Assembly (NCBI GenBank): GCA_046758745.1
Contig: JBHIAV010000012.1
Span: 1 to 64,000, forward strand
Direction: 5' to 3'
Length of the DNA stretch: 64,000 nt
From: Gemmatimonadota bacterium
GTDB taxonomy: Bacteria; Gemmatimonadota; Gemmatimonadetes; Palauibacterales; Palauibacteraceae
Part shown: piece by piece, positions 31,099 through 40,087 of the stretch
How the letters are laid out: every line of letters begins with the position of its first letter
Numbering within the stretch: position 1 is the stretch's first letter
Made by a program: the position numbers and the translations under genes
The notes under the pieces: model-generated
Database searches by the model: none
Told to the model about the DNA's origin: nothing
The model's input: the letters and a program-made list of their open reading frames with translations, nothing else

Positions 31099-32075
31099 CG
31101 TTCCCCTCCTTCCCCGGCCATCTCGGGATTCTCCCCGAACAGCCAGTAGAACGCCCCCTTGGGCCGATTGAGGGAGCGCACGTAGTAGACCAGCGCCCAC
31201 AGGCGGCGCTGCACGAGCTCCTCCAATGCGGCTTCGGGCATCGCCTCGAGCTCGGCCGCCGTGGGCTGGCCAGCCAGATAAGCCTCGAGCTCCGGCAGGC
31301 TCTCGGCATCGACGGCTTCGCGCACCGGCCCCACGTCGACCTTCGCCCCGCCCGGGAAGGCCACGATGTCGCGCTCGAAGGCCGGCATCGGCGTGCCGTT
31401 CAGGCCGGTGACGAGCGTGCGGTAGAGGTCCGAGGGCGCGGATCCGTTCTTGTAACCGCCACGCGTGAAGTCGTACGGCTTGATCCTCTCGCCCCAGTCG
31501 TCCGTCAGCTCGGCCGCGGACGGACCGTCGCCCCGGCCCAGAGAGCCATGGCAGTCCCAGCATTTGAGCATGACGTACACGAAGCGGCCTTCCCGAAGGA
31601 GCTCCGGTGACGGCCCGGGCTCGGGCGGGATCTCGACAGCCGGATCCGGCTCCTCCTCGGCAAAGAACTCGGAGAACCCTTTGATGTAGCGGACGAGCGC
31701 CCAGCGCTGCGCCGGGCTCAGCAGATCTTCCCAGGCCGGCATCCAGGTGCCGGGCACCCCGCGGGAGATCGTGCGGTACATGTCCTCGTCGGCAGGGAGG
31801 GAACCGGTCGGCGTGCGGCGAAACTTGAATGTCCCGGAGGTGAAATCCCGTGGTTTCGGGGCGCCGAGCAACCGCGACCCGCGACCGTTCCCGTCGCCCA
31901 GCCGGCCGTGGCACGGAGCGCAGGCTCCGGCGTACAGTCTGGCCGCGTCGCCCGTCGAAGGGTCCTGCGGTCCGGGAGCGGGCGCCTGCGCCAGACCGGG
32001 CACCGCGCGGAGGAAGAGAGCGGCCGCCACGAGCCCCACCCCGCGTACGCCTCGCCGGTAGCCTGCCCGGTTCAT
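31095..32075 (-). CDS. Periplasmic diheme cytochrome c
   Basis: Signal peptide, CAPCH..GTWMP, CWDCH..GTPMP; ATGA overlap. Confidence 0.87.
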   Translation of the reverse strand: MNRAGYRRGVRGVGLVAAALFLRAVPGLAQAPAPGPQDPSTGDAARLYAGACAPCHGRLGDGNGRGSRLLGAPKPRDFTSGTFKFRRTPTGSLPADEDMYRTISRGVPGTWMPAWEDLLSPAQRWALVRYIKGFSEFFAEEEPDPAVEIPPEPGPSPELLREGRFVYVMLKCWDCHGSLGRGDGPSAAELTDDWGERIKPYDFTRGGYKNGSAPSDLYRTLVTGLNGTPMPAFERDIVAFPGGAKVDVGPVREAVDAESLPELEAYLAGQPTAAELEAMPEAALEELVQRRLWALVYYVRSLNRPKGAFYWLFGENPEMAGEGGER

Positions 32076-32893
32076 GGCGCGCCTCCCTCTGCGCTGGCCG
32101 GTGGGCCGCGCCACTGGAGGGTGATGTTCGGAACCATGTTGTCCTGGCCGCCGGTGACGATGATGTCGGTCAGGAACGACTCGAAGACATCGGTTTTTCT
32201 GTCCACCACCAGCACCAGACGGAACGTGGCATCGGGGATGCGCACGGGAACCGTGAAGCGGCCCAGCACATCGCTGTCGACCGCGAAGTTCACGCCGCTC
32301 GGCGGAAGGGGCGGGATGAAGTCCCGACCGCCGGCGATCTCATACGGCGTGAAGTTGCCGGTTCCGTCATCCCGCATCACCCAGATATCCACGACTGCCG
32401 GCGCGCCGTTCGGGTCCATGATGTGCCCCGTGATCAGCGTGCTGGAGAGATACAGGTCCGCTTCGACGGCGCCGCCATCGAGCTCGAAGGCCTTGCTCGT
32501 TGTGAGGAACGGGGCCGACGCCGACGCCCGCAGGAGGATGACAGGCTCGGTGAGCACGGCTTCAAAGGCTCCCGAGAAGCGGCCTTCCGAATCCGTCTCC
32601 AGGATGTTGTCCACGTCGATGGGCACGGGCGTCCGTCCATCCGCTGCGAACACGGCCACCTGACCTGACACCCCGTTCCCGTCCAGGTTCCGCCCATCCA
32701 GCAGTCGGCCGCTGAGGTCGATGCTGAAGCGCGTCCCCACCGGCTCGAAGACCGTGCCCTGGTCGCACGACGCCATGATGAGCCCCGCGGCCAGCAGAAC
32801 CGCCGCACGGCCGGACGGCGGGGCCCATGGGGGCCGCCGTCCGGCTCTCCGTGCGCTCCTCCGAGCCGCCGAGCCACGCGAGCGAGACTTCAT
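32072..32893 (-). CDS. Hypothetical beta-rich lipoprotein
   Basis: Lipobox-like IMASC, GGAGGT RBS, coupled to the next gene. Confidence 0.65.
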   Translation of the reverse strand: MKSRSRGSAARRSARRAGRRPPWAPPSGRAAVLLAAGLIMASCDQGTVFEPVGTRFSIDLSGRLLDGRNLDGNGVSGQVAVFAADGRTPVPIDVDNILETDSEGRFSGAFEAVLTEPVILLRASASAPFLTTSKAFELDGGAVEADLYLSSTLITGHIMDPNGAPAVVDIWVMRDDGTGNFTPYEIAGGRDFIPPLPPSGVNFAVDSDVLGRFTVPVRIPDATFRLVLVVDRKTDVFESFLTDIIVTGGQDNMVPNITLQWRGPPASAEGGAP

Positions 32894-32941
32894 GAGGACC
32901 TCCGTTCTCGCACAGCTTCACCGAGGAGGCGAAACGAAACC

Positions 32942-33922
32942 TCAGGGACTCACGGTGATCGTCCCCCTCATGCCCAGGTCGGCATGGCCCGGGATCGTGC
33001 ACAGGACCTCGAAGCTTCCCGCTTCGGTAGGCACCATGAACAGCTCCGAATCGCCTCCGATCTGGAGCTCGATCGCCTTCAGGTAAGGCGCCTTGATCTC
33101 GGCCTGTGAGTCCTCGGCCTTCCGGAACACCACGGTCTTGTAGAACTCGGCCGCCGTGTAGTAGTGCTTCGAGGCGTGCCCGCCCGGATTCGTGATGTGG
33201 ATCTTGTACGCGACGTCCTTGGTCAGCTGGAGATCCGGCGGTACGAAACCGAGCTGGTCGAAGGAGGCCGACTCGAACATGCTGATCGGCGCCTCCACCG
33301 CGCTCGTCCACACATCGTGCGAGCCCGAGCGTCGTGGATCGGTGGTGAGAGACTGGTCGAAGTCCGGGGCGACCTCCAGGTCCAACTGATAGCCCTCCCC
33401 GCCGGTGATCGTGGCGGTGGCCGTCATCCCGAGCTCCTTGTGGCCCGGAATGATGCAGATGATGTCGTACGTGCCGGCCAGCACCGGGACGACGAAGATC
33501 TCCAGGGAGCCGCCGATCTGGAGCTCGACCTCATTGAAGAACGGAGCTTTGTACTCGGCCTCGTCGGTCTCGATCTTCCGCGTGGCGACCGCCTGATAGA
33601 AGCTCGCTCCCTCCGGCGAGAAGTAGTGCTTGCTGCTGTTCGAAGCCGGGTTGGTGATGCGGATGATATACGGCTTGCCCGCCTCGAACGTCAGCTCGTT
33701 CGGCGAAAAAGCCAGGGCCGTGGGGGTCTCCACCATGCTGACCTCTACGGTTTGGGCCTCGTCCCAGTTCACGAAGTCGACCCAATCCGAGGCCAGCGTC
33801 GGGGTCTGGGGTGGAGGCGGCGGGGGCCCGGTAACCTCCCCACCGTCGCAGCCCCACACCGTCAGGGCCAGCAGCGCGGTGAGGCCCAGCCCCAGGCTGC
33901 TCTTCTTGGCTCGCGTCTCCAT
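32942..33922 (-). CDS. Tandem di-cupredoxin (blue copper) lipoprotein
   Basis: Lipobox VWGC; two repeats each with KHY.. and C-x-IPGH-xxx-GM (CIIPGHKELGM, CTIPGHADLGM). Confidence 0.88.
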   Translation of the reverse strand: METRAKKSSLGLGLTALLALTVWGCDGGEVTGPPPPPPQTPTLASDWVDFVNWDEAQTVEVSMVETPTALAFSPNELTFEAGKPYIIRITNPASNSSKHYFSPEGASFYQAVATRKIETDEAEYKAPFFNEVELQIGGSLEIFVVPVLAGTYDIICIIPGHKELGMTATATITGGEGYQLDLEVAPDFDQSLTTDPRRSGSHDVWTSAVEAPISMFESASFDQLGFVPPDLQLTKDVAYKIHITNPGGHASKHYYTAAEFYKTVVFRKAEDSQAEIKAPYLKAIELQIGGDSELFMVPTEAGSFEVLCTIPGHADLGMRGTITVSP

Positions 33923-34042
33923 CTGGGTACCCTCCTCCCGGCTCTGTGTCGCATTTCGGCGTGAGCCGGAATGTCTGGATGTTTGCGACTAGCTCTGTGC
34001 GTTCCGGCGGGGGGCTCATCGCCCGCGCCGCGATGTCGGAGG

Positions 34043-34058
34043 TGCACGATGCAGGCCC
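34043..34058 (-). promoter_or_regulatory. Candidate sigma54 -24/-12 promoter
   Basis: Minus strand gGGCCTGCATCGTGCA = GG-N10-GC; imperfect match to TGGCACG-N4-TTGC. Confidence 0.45.
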
Positions 34059-34153
34059 GGGACGGGCTTTCGGGCGGCTGGCAGCTATATAGCGATATCG
34101 CAGCGAGTTAGCGGCTACCAGGACGTCGTCGGAGGGCTGCTGGCGGCCTGGAG

Positions 34154-34194
34154 TGGGACATGGAAGGTCGCAGCGTGTGACGGCGCGTGTCCCA
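34154..34194. promoter_or_regulatory. Tandem palindromic enhancer sites TGNGAC-N7-GTCNCA
   Basis: TGGGAC-atggaag-GTCGCA (34154-34172) and TGTGAC-ggcgcgt-GTCCCA (34176-34194), 22 bp apart. Confidence 0.6.
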
Positions 34195-34316
34195 GGTCGG
34201 CGCGGTCGGCCGGGCGCGGTGAGCGGATTGCGGACGGAACCTTCCGGACCACCGCCCATTCTGGAATGCGAAAGGCGAGATCCAGACTGGAAGGCGAGAG
34301 GAGATCCAGACGCGGT

Positions 34317-35759
34317 CTAGAAGGCGAAATCCAGGCGGAACCAGAGGTTCTGCGGCCTCGGATCGTTCAGCTGGGTGCTGGCCTCGTGCTCCGTGAAGAG
34401 CTCCGCCTCGATGACGCCGCGGATGTTCTGACGCACCAGGAAGATGATGCCCGGTAGGATCCGCCTCTGATCGGCTCCTCCCTGCGTGAAGCCGGCGTCG
34501 AGGAGGGCAGCCGGCACGTCCGCATCGAAGGTATCAAACTTGAGGGATCCGATGAGCCACGGGAAGATCAGGTATTCCGCCTTTCCGAAGAAGCTCGAGT
34601 ACGGAACCTCGCCGGACGCGCTCGCTCCCCACGGATTGTCGTTCTCGCCCCATACGTACCCGACGCCGATATCCGCCGGCCCGTAGAGGACCCGGGCGCT
34701 GATGCCGAAGGACCGGTGGTCGTCCTGGCGGTCGCCGTCCACGGGCTGAGCGCCGAAGTAGCCGAAGTGCTCTATGGTGAGCGAGCGGTCCAGGAGCTGA
34801 CCGCCCCCGCCCTGGACGGGCCCGCCGCCCGGCCCGTACCGCCCATCCAGGCCCAGGCCGCCGATCTTGTAGCGGACCTTGTAGAACACATCCTTGTGGT
34901 TGTTGTTGTCGGTAGTGAGGTCGCCCACGCCCTGGGCCAGGCCGAAGCCGTAGTACAGCCGCCCCCCGATGATTCCGTTCAGCTCGAGGGCCGGCTGTGT
35001 CTGGCGCAACCGGAACTCGTTCGTCGAACGGAGGGAGTCGCCCGTGTCCGGGCGCCTCAACTCGAGATCCGAAATCCGATACGTCTGCCACAGGAAGTTC
35101 TGGCGTCCGGCGCGATCGATCTGCCGGTCCGCGAACGTGAACAGGTAGATGTTCTGCATGCCGACCCACAGGTTCAGCCACCGCGAGGGAAGCCGTGGCA
35201 GGAGGTCCTGGAACTCGATCTTGGCCTGCAGGACCTCGAGGTCCCGTTCCCGGCTCCACTCGGTCTCCAGGAACACGGAGATGTCGTCACCGAGGGTGGC
35301 GGCCGCGAGCAGGTAGATCTCCTGCGGAAAGCGGAAGCTCCAGGTGAACGCCGAACCGGCCTCGCGCGTCAGCTGGACATCGTTCTGTACACGGAGCGCG
35401 AGCGGCACGACACCCGGGATTTCGCCCGGCCAGATCGCACGGGGCCACAGATCCTTCCATGGCTCGCCGCCGAGCGGGACAGGGCGATCCTTTCGGAAGA
35501 GCTTGTCGTTCTCGGGGAAGCGATACCCGTTGAGTCGGAATGCCTCGCCGAACACGTTCAGCTTGGGCGCCGCCGTGTGGCAGGTCGAGCAGCTGGTCCG
35601 GTATTTCCTGGCGAAGGCGGGGATCTCTCCCACCGCCAGCTCGGAGGAGAGGGGAATCGCGCCGCTCGATACCAGCGCACTGAACAGGGCGAGGGCGGCC
35701 ACGATCAGAGACGCCGGGGCGAATCTCGGCTTCGGGCTACATCCGGATCGCTGCGTCAT
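34317..35759 (-). CDS. Cyc2-like fused monoheme cytochrome-porin
   Basis: Signal peptide, IPAFARKYRTSCSTCHTAAPKLNVFGEAFRLNGY, beta-barrel-like body, terminal FRLDFAF. Confidence 0.8.
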   Translation of the reverse strand: MTQRSGCSPKPRFAPASLIVAALALFSALVSSGAIPLSSELAVGEIPAFARKYRTSCSTCHTAAPKLNVFGEAFRLNGYRFPENDKLFRKDRPVPLGGEPWKDLWPRAIWPGEIPGVVPLALRVQNDVQLTREAGSAFTWSFRFPQEIYLLAAATLGDDISVFLETEWSRERDLEVLQAKIEFQDLLPRLPSRWLNLWVGMQNIYLFTFADRQIDRAGRQNFLWQTYRISDLELRRPDTGDSLRSTNEFRLRQTQPALELNGIIGGRLYYGFGLAQGVGDLTTDNNNHKDVFYKVRYKIGGLGLDGRYGPGGGPVQGGGGQLLDRSLTIEHFGYFGAQPVDGDRQDDHRSFGISARVLYGPADIGVGYVWGENDNPWGASASGEVPYSSFFGKAEYLIFPWLIGSLKFDTFDADVPAALLDAGFTQGGADQRRILPGIIFLVRQNIRGVIEAELFTEHEASTQLNDPRPQNLWFRLDFAF

Positions 35760-35790
35760 GCTCTGCGTCCCTCCTTGCGCCCGCGTGCCG

Positions 35791-36396
35791 CTACCGCCCG
35801 CTGCGGGGAAGACGCAGCGTCAGGTGCAGTGACTCGCCCTCGTGAACGACGATGTCTCTCCGGAACGGTCGGGTGGCCTGGTGCCACACGTTGACGGCGT
35901 ATCTTCCGGCCGGCACGTTGTCGATCCGGAATCGCCCCTCTCCGTCCGCTACAGCGCGGTAGGGTGTGTCTACGACCACGACCCAGGCCACCATCTCGGG
36001 GTGCACGTGGCAGAGTATGACATGCGCTCCGACCTCCCTGAACAGGTGCAACCTGGACTCGTGTCGCGGATATGTCCCGAGGTTGAACCCGACTCCCGGA
36101 TCCTTCGGAGAGAACACGTTGTGCAGTATGGGGTCGCTGTTTCGGAACTCGACGGCCGTTCCGGGAAGGACGGCCAACACCGGGGGCACGAAGCGGAGGT
36201 TGGCCTGATCGATGACCGGTGTGTCCCGGGCCGACGGGTTGGCAGCCTCCGCCTCGGGTAGGAGATACACGACGGCACCGACGCTTCGCACATCCGACGC
36301 GTCTACGGTTCCGCTTACCGTGGCGAACTGAGAGGCCGCTGGCGCGGTACACCCGAGCGAGGCTACGACCCAGGCCAGCGAGAGACCCGGCTTCAT
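35791..36396 (-). CDS. Exported protein with cupredoxin-like and carboxypeptidase-regulatory-like domains
   Basis: FRNSDPILHNVFS..LCHVHPEM; VPAGRY; ATGA overlap with the regulator stop. Confidence 0.8.
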   Translation of the reverse strand: MKPGLSLAWVVASLGCTAPAASQFATVSGTVDASDVRSVGAVVYLLPEAEAANPSARDTPVIDQANLRFVPPVLAVLPGTAVEFRNSDPILHNVFSPKDPGVGFNLGTYPRHESRLHLFREVGAHVILCHVHPEMVAWVVVVDTPYRAVADGEGRFRIDNVPAGRYAVNVWHQATRPFRRDIVVHEGESLHLTLRLPRSGR

Positions 36397-37793
36397 CTCC
36401 AGCCGCTTCCCGCGGACCCGTTGTCCAGCTCGGCGATCCACCGGTGGAGCGTCCGCCGGCTGACTCGCGCCGCACGGGCGGCCTTCGAGACGTTGCCGCC
36501 GCTCGCTTGCAGCAGTCGCCTCACATACCTGGCCCGAAAGGCCTGGAGAGCCCGGGCACGGGCTCCTTCATAGGGCAGCAGCTGTTCCGAGTCGGAGGGC
36601 TCGTTCGACAGGCTGGTCCACGGCCGAAGTGGCTCCGGCAAGTCCGAAAGGGTGACGCGCTGGTCCTCATCGAGGATCACCAGCCGCTCGGCAAGGTTCC
36701 TCAACTCTCGCACGTTGCCCGGCCAATGGTACCGCTGGAGGGCATCCCACACGTCGGGTGAGACGCGGGGGGGCTCTCTGTCCTGTGCGGCGGAGAATTG
36801 CGCGAGGAAGCTCTGCGCGAGCAGCACGATGTCGTCGCCACGGTCCCGCAGCGGCGGGACGTGCAACGGTACCACGTTGAGGCGATAGTACAGGTCCTCG
36901 CGAAACCTGCCCTCCGCGACCGCAGCTTCGAGGTCCATGTTGGTGGCGGATACGATCCGAATGTCTACATCGATCAGTTGTGATCCTCCGAGCCGGCGAA
37001 CCTGTCGTTCCTCGAGGGTCCGCAGGAACTTCGACTGGAGCCCCAGGCTCATCTCGGGGAACTCATCGAGGAAAACGGTTCCGCCGTTCGCCTCCTCGAG
37101 CAGGCCCTTCTTGCGCGCGTCGGCGCCGGTGAAGGCCCCGCGCTCGTGGCCAAACAGCTCGCTTTCCAGGAGGCCCTCCGGTAGGGCCGCACAATCCACC
37201 GGCAGGAACGGGCCGTCCTTTCGGGGGCTCCGAGCATGGATGAAGCGCGCGATGAGCTCTTTGCCTGTCCCGCTCTCGCCAAAGATCAGCACGTTGGCAT
37301 CGGTGGGCGCCACCTTTCTCGCCTGCTCCATGAGCTTCACCATCGGCGGACTCGAGCCGACGATCTCCTCCCGACCCGCACCGCGCGCCACCTGCTGGCG
37401 TAGCGCCTGGTTCTCGAGAGCCAATGCCCGGTGTCGAGCCGCTCGTTCGATCGCGATGAGGAGTGCGTCCGCCCGGAACGGCTTGGTCAGGTAATCGAAC
37501 GCTCCCTCCCTGATCGCGTGCACCGCCGAGGGGACGGTTGCGTACGCCGTCATGATCACGACCGGGAGCGCCGGGTCATCGGCCTGTGCGACGGTGAGCA
37601 GAGTCATGCCGTCCACATCCGGCATGCGAAGGTCCAGAAGCAAGACGTCGGGGCGCACTTCTTCCAGGATCTCCCGGAATCGGGATGGATCCGAGAGCGT
37701 CCAGCAGGCGTAGCCCTCCCGCGAGAGCAGCCGCTCGCAGTTCTCGAGCATGTCCGGCTCGTCGTCGACGATGAGCACGCGACCCCTCTCCAC
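36393..37793 (-). CDS. Sigma54-dependent NtrC/AtoC-family response regulator
   Basis: REC domain (VDDE, DLRMP), GESGTGKE, GAFTGA, WPGNVREL, Fis-type HTH; GTG with AGGAGG RBS. Confidence 0.95.
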   Translation of the reverse strand: MERGRVLIVDDEPDMLENCERLLSREGYACWTLSDPSRFREILEEVRPDVLLLDLRMPDVDGMTLLTVAQADDPALPVVIMTAYATVPSAVHAIREGAFDYLTKPFRADALLIAIERAARHRALALENQALRQQVARGAGREEIVGSSPPMVKLMEQARKVAPTDANVLIFGESGTGKELIARFIHARSPRKDGPFLPVDCAALPEGLLESELFGHERGAFTGADARKKGLLEEANGGTVFLDEFPEMSLGLQSKFLRTLEERQVRRLGGSQLIDVDIRIVSATNMDLEAAVAEGRFREDLYYRLNVVPLHVPPLRDRGDDIVLLAQSFLAQFSAAQDREPPRVSPDVWDALQRYHWPGNVRELRNLAERLVILDEDQRVTLSDLPEPLRPWTSLSNEPSDSEQLLPYEGARARALQAFRARYVRRLLQASGGNVSKAARAARVSRRTLHRWIAELDNGSAGSGWR

Positions 37794-37801
37794 GCCCCCT
37801 C

Positions 37802-40087
37802 CTAACCACGCAATGGCAGGGAGACCACAAAACGGCTCCCGTGCCCTTCTCTGCTTTCGACCCAGATCCTCCCCCTGTGTCTTTCGACGATGCTGCGGCA
37901 CACCGAGAGCCCCAGTCCGGTGCCGTGTCCGCTCCTCTTGGTGGTGAAGAAAGGCTCGAAGATGCGGTTGCGGAGCTCGGCCGGTACGCCGTGACCGGTG
38001 TCCCGCACTTCGAGCTCGACCGTATCACCCTCGCGGGAACGTCGGGCTTCCACCGTCACCGTGCCGCCGGGTGGGGTGGCGTCCAACGCGTTCAGGAGCA
38101 GGTTCATGCACACCGTCTCGATTGCCTTCAGGTTGCCCATCAGCAGGGGAAGCTGATCATCGAGGCGCGTCTCGAGCTCGACCTCCCGCGCCATGTAGGT
38201 CCGCTTCAGAAGACTCGTGACTCTCTCTACGACCTCGCCCAGCGCCACCCGCACCGGCTCTTCATGGTCCTCGTGCGCGAAGGAGAGCAGATCCCGTATC
38301 ACGCCGTCCAGTCGGTCGGTGTGTTCGCGCAGGACGGCCAGATCGTCCTCCAGAAAGCTCCCTTCGCCTCGTTCTCGGATCTCGCGTTCCATGCACTCGA
38401 TGCGATTCCCGATCACGGCGAGCGGATTGCCCAGCTCGTGGGCGACCCCGGCCGTCATCACGCTCACGGCGGCCAGCCGTTCGGAGTGACGCATCTGCTC
38501 CTCGAGCTTGGCTTGCAGCCGCGTGTCGCGAATGATGAGCGAGAACCCCAGGGGGCAACCTTCGTCATCGCGAATCACCGTCTGGGTGAGGCTCACCGGA
38601 AACGGCTGACCGTCTCTGGCGACTCGCTTCGTGTGGAAGTTGACGACGGCGCCCTGCTCCGCCGCCTCGCGCCGGATGAACGCCGCCTCGCTCTTCCAGT
38701 CCTCGCCGCCGGGAAGCAGGAGCGCATCGACGTTCACCCCGACAGCCTCGGAGGCCGCATACCCGAAGAGGTCCTCCGCGCCCCTGTTCCAGACTCGAAT
38801 GCGGCCCTCGAGGTCGAGCCCCACGATCGCGTCGGCGGAATGCTCGAGGATTCCCGACAGCTCGGCATGCGCTTCGCGCAGCGCCAGCGTGCGCTCCGCC
38901 ACGAGCTCTTCCAGCTTCTGACGCTGTTCCGCGAGGGCGCGTGCCATCGCCGAAAAGTCCGCCGCCAGGTCCTCGAGCTCGTCGTTGGTGGCGATCTGCA
39001 GGGGTGGCTGCGAGAGGCCCCGGGCCAACCGTCGGGCCCCCTGGCTCAGTTGGTAGATGGGTCGTGTGAGCTGATGGGCGGCCAGCACCGCCAGTCCGAG
39101 AACCAGCACGAGAACGACCAACGCACCGACGGCCACCCAGTGCAAGAAACGCCGTGCCGGAGCTTCGAGCGCCGAGAGCGGGACCACTCGATACAGTATG
39201 AGCGGGCGCATACCGAGCTCACTCAGCTGCAGAGGCAGGAAGCTGACGATGCCCTGGTCAGAGGCCAGCACGGTGCCCGAGGAGCCGGAGAGGATCGTCC
39301 GGGTCACCTCCGCTGGAAAGTCGCTTCCGAGGTCTACTTCGGAGCGCGATGCCAGCAGGCTGGCCCAATCTCGCTTTCGCTCGGAGTGGTAGAGAAAGAG
39401 ACCGTCGGAGTCGACGAGGCCCGTCACGCCCTTGAGATGCGGTGAACCCAGCTCCAGCCGGGCGAACAGGACCGAAGCGTAGGCCTCGCCGATCACCGCC
39501 CCTCGCAGCGTCCCATCGGCGTCCATCACGGGCAGCAGAATCGCCACGGCCGGTATCGTGGCTACGCCCTCCCCGGCCGACCCGTCGCCCCGCAGCTCGA
39601 CGGGCAGCATGAGCCGCTCGCCCTGCCGCAAGCCCCTCGCGCGCAGGGCGTAGTACATCCCCCCCGCCTCATAGCCCTCCGGACCCGGCGGCTCGTACCC
39701 GCCGGCGCGCCCGACGAACAGCAGCCTGCCGTTCGCGTCGACGACTTTGACCCGAAACAGGGCTGGGGTGTAGGTGAGGAAGGAAGATACGGTGCTGGCC
39801 GCCGCCTCCCAGTCGACCTCTTCGCTCGGTGCGAGCAGCGGCCCGAGGACGTGCAGCGCAAGATACGTCACGGAGCGCTCGACTTCCTCCAGCGACCGCT
39901 CCGTCTGCTGCTCCGCCATCTCCAGGTCATGTTCAAGGGTGGCCTTCGCCTGTGCACGGATGTTCCGAAGCGTGACCCGGGTGCCGAGAACCCCCGTGAC
40001 CGCCAGCGGCACGAGCGAGAGCGAGGCGAAGGCGATCGCCAGCTTCGCCCGGATCGACAAGCGTGGGAAGAGCTTGTTGAGATTCAT
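37802..40087 (-). CDS. Membrane sensor histidine kinase (periplasmic domain-HAMP-PAS-HisKA-HATPase)
   Basis: Two TM helices, HAMP (DELEDLAADF), PAS (WNRGAEDLFGY), AHELGNPL, FEPFFTTK, GTGLGL. Confidence 0.94.
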   Translation of the reverse strand: MNLNKLFPRLSIRAKLAIAFASLSLVPLAVTGVLGTRVTLRNIRAQAKATLEHDLEMAEQQTERSLEEVERSVTYLALHVLGPLLAPSEEVDWEAAASTVSSFLTYTPALFRVKVVDANGRLLFVGRAGGYEPPGPEGYEAGGMYYALRARGLRQGERLMLPVELRGDGSAGEGVATIPAVAILLPVMDADGTLRGAVIGEAYASVLFARLELGSPHLKGVTGLVDSDGLFLYHSERKRDWASLLASRSEVDLGSDFPAEVTRTILSGSSGTVLASDQGIVSFLPLQLSELGMRPLILYRVVPLSALEAPARRFLHWVAVGALVVLVLVLGLAVLAAHQLTRPIYQLSQGARRLARGLSQPPLQIATNDELEDLAADFSAMARALAEQRQKLEELVAERTLALREAHAELSGILEHSADAIVGLDLEGRIRVWNRGAEDLFGYAASEAVGVNVDALLLPGGEDWKSEAAFIRREAAEQGAVVNFHTKRVARDGQPFPVSLTQTVIRDDEGCPLGFSLIIRDTRLQAKLEEQMRHSERLAAVSVMTAGVAHELGNPLAVIGNRIECMEREIRERGEGSFLEDDLAVLREHTDRLDGVIRDLLSFAHEDHEEPVRVALGEVVERVTSLLKRTYMAREVELETRLDDQLPLLMGNLKAIETVCMNLLLNALDATPPGGTVTVEARRSREGDTVELEVRDTGHGVPAELRNRIFEPFFTTKRSGHGTGLGLSVCRSIVERHRGRIWVESREGHGSRFVVSLPLRG

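Noticed and set aside
22334-33922. Nitrite oxidoreductase, N2O reductase or alternative complex III assignment
   Set aside because: No molybdopterin, Fe-S, NosZ, NrfD-like or pentaheme subunit is encoded in the window.
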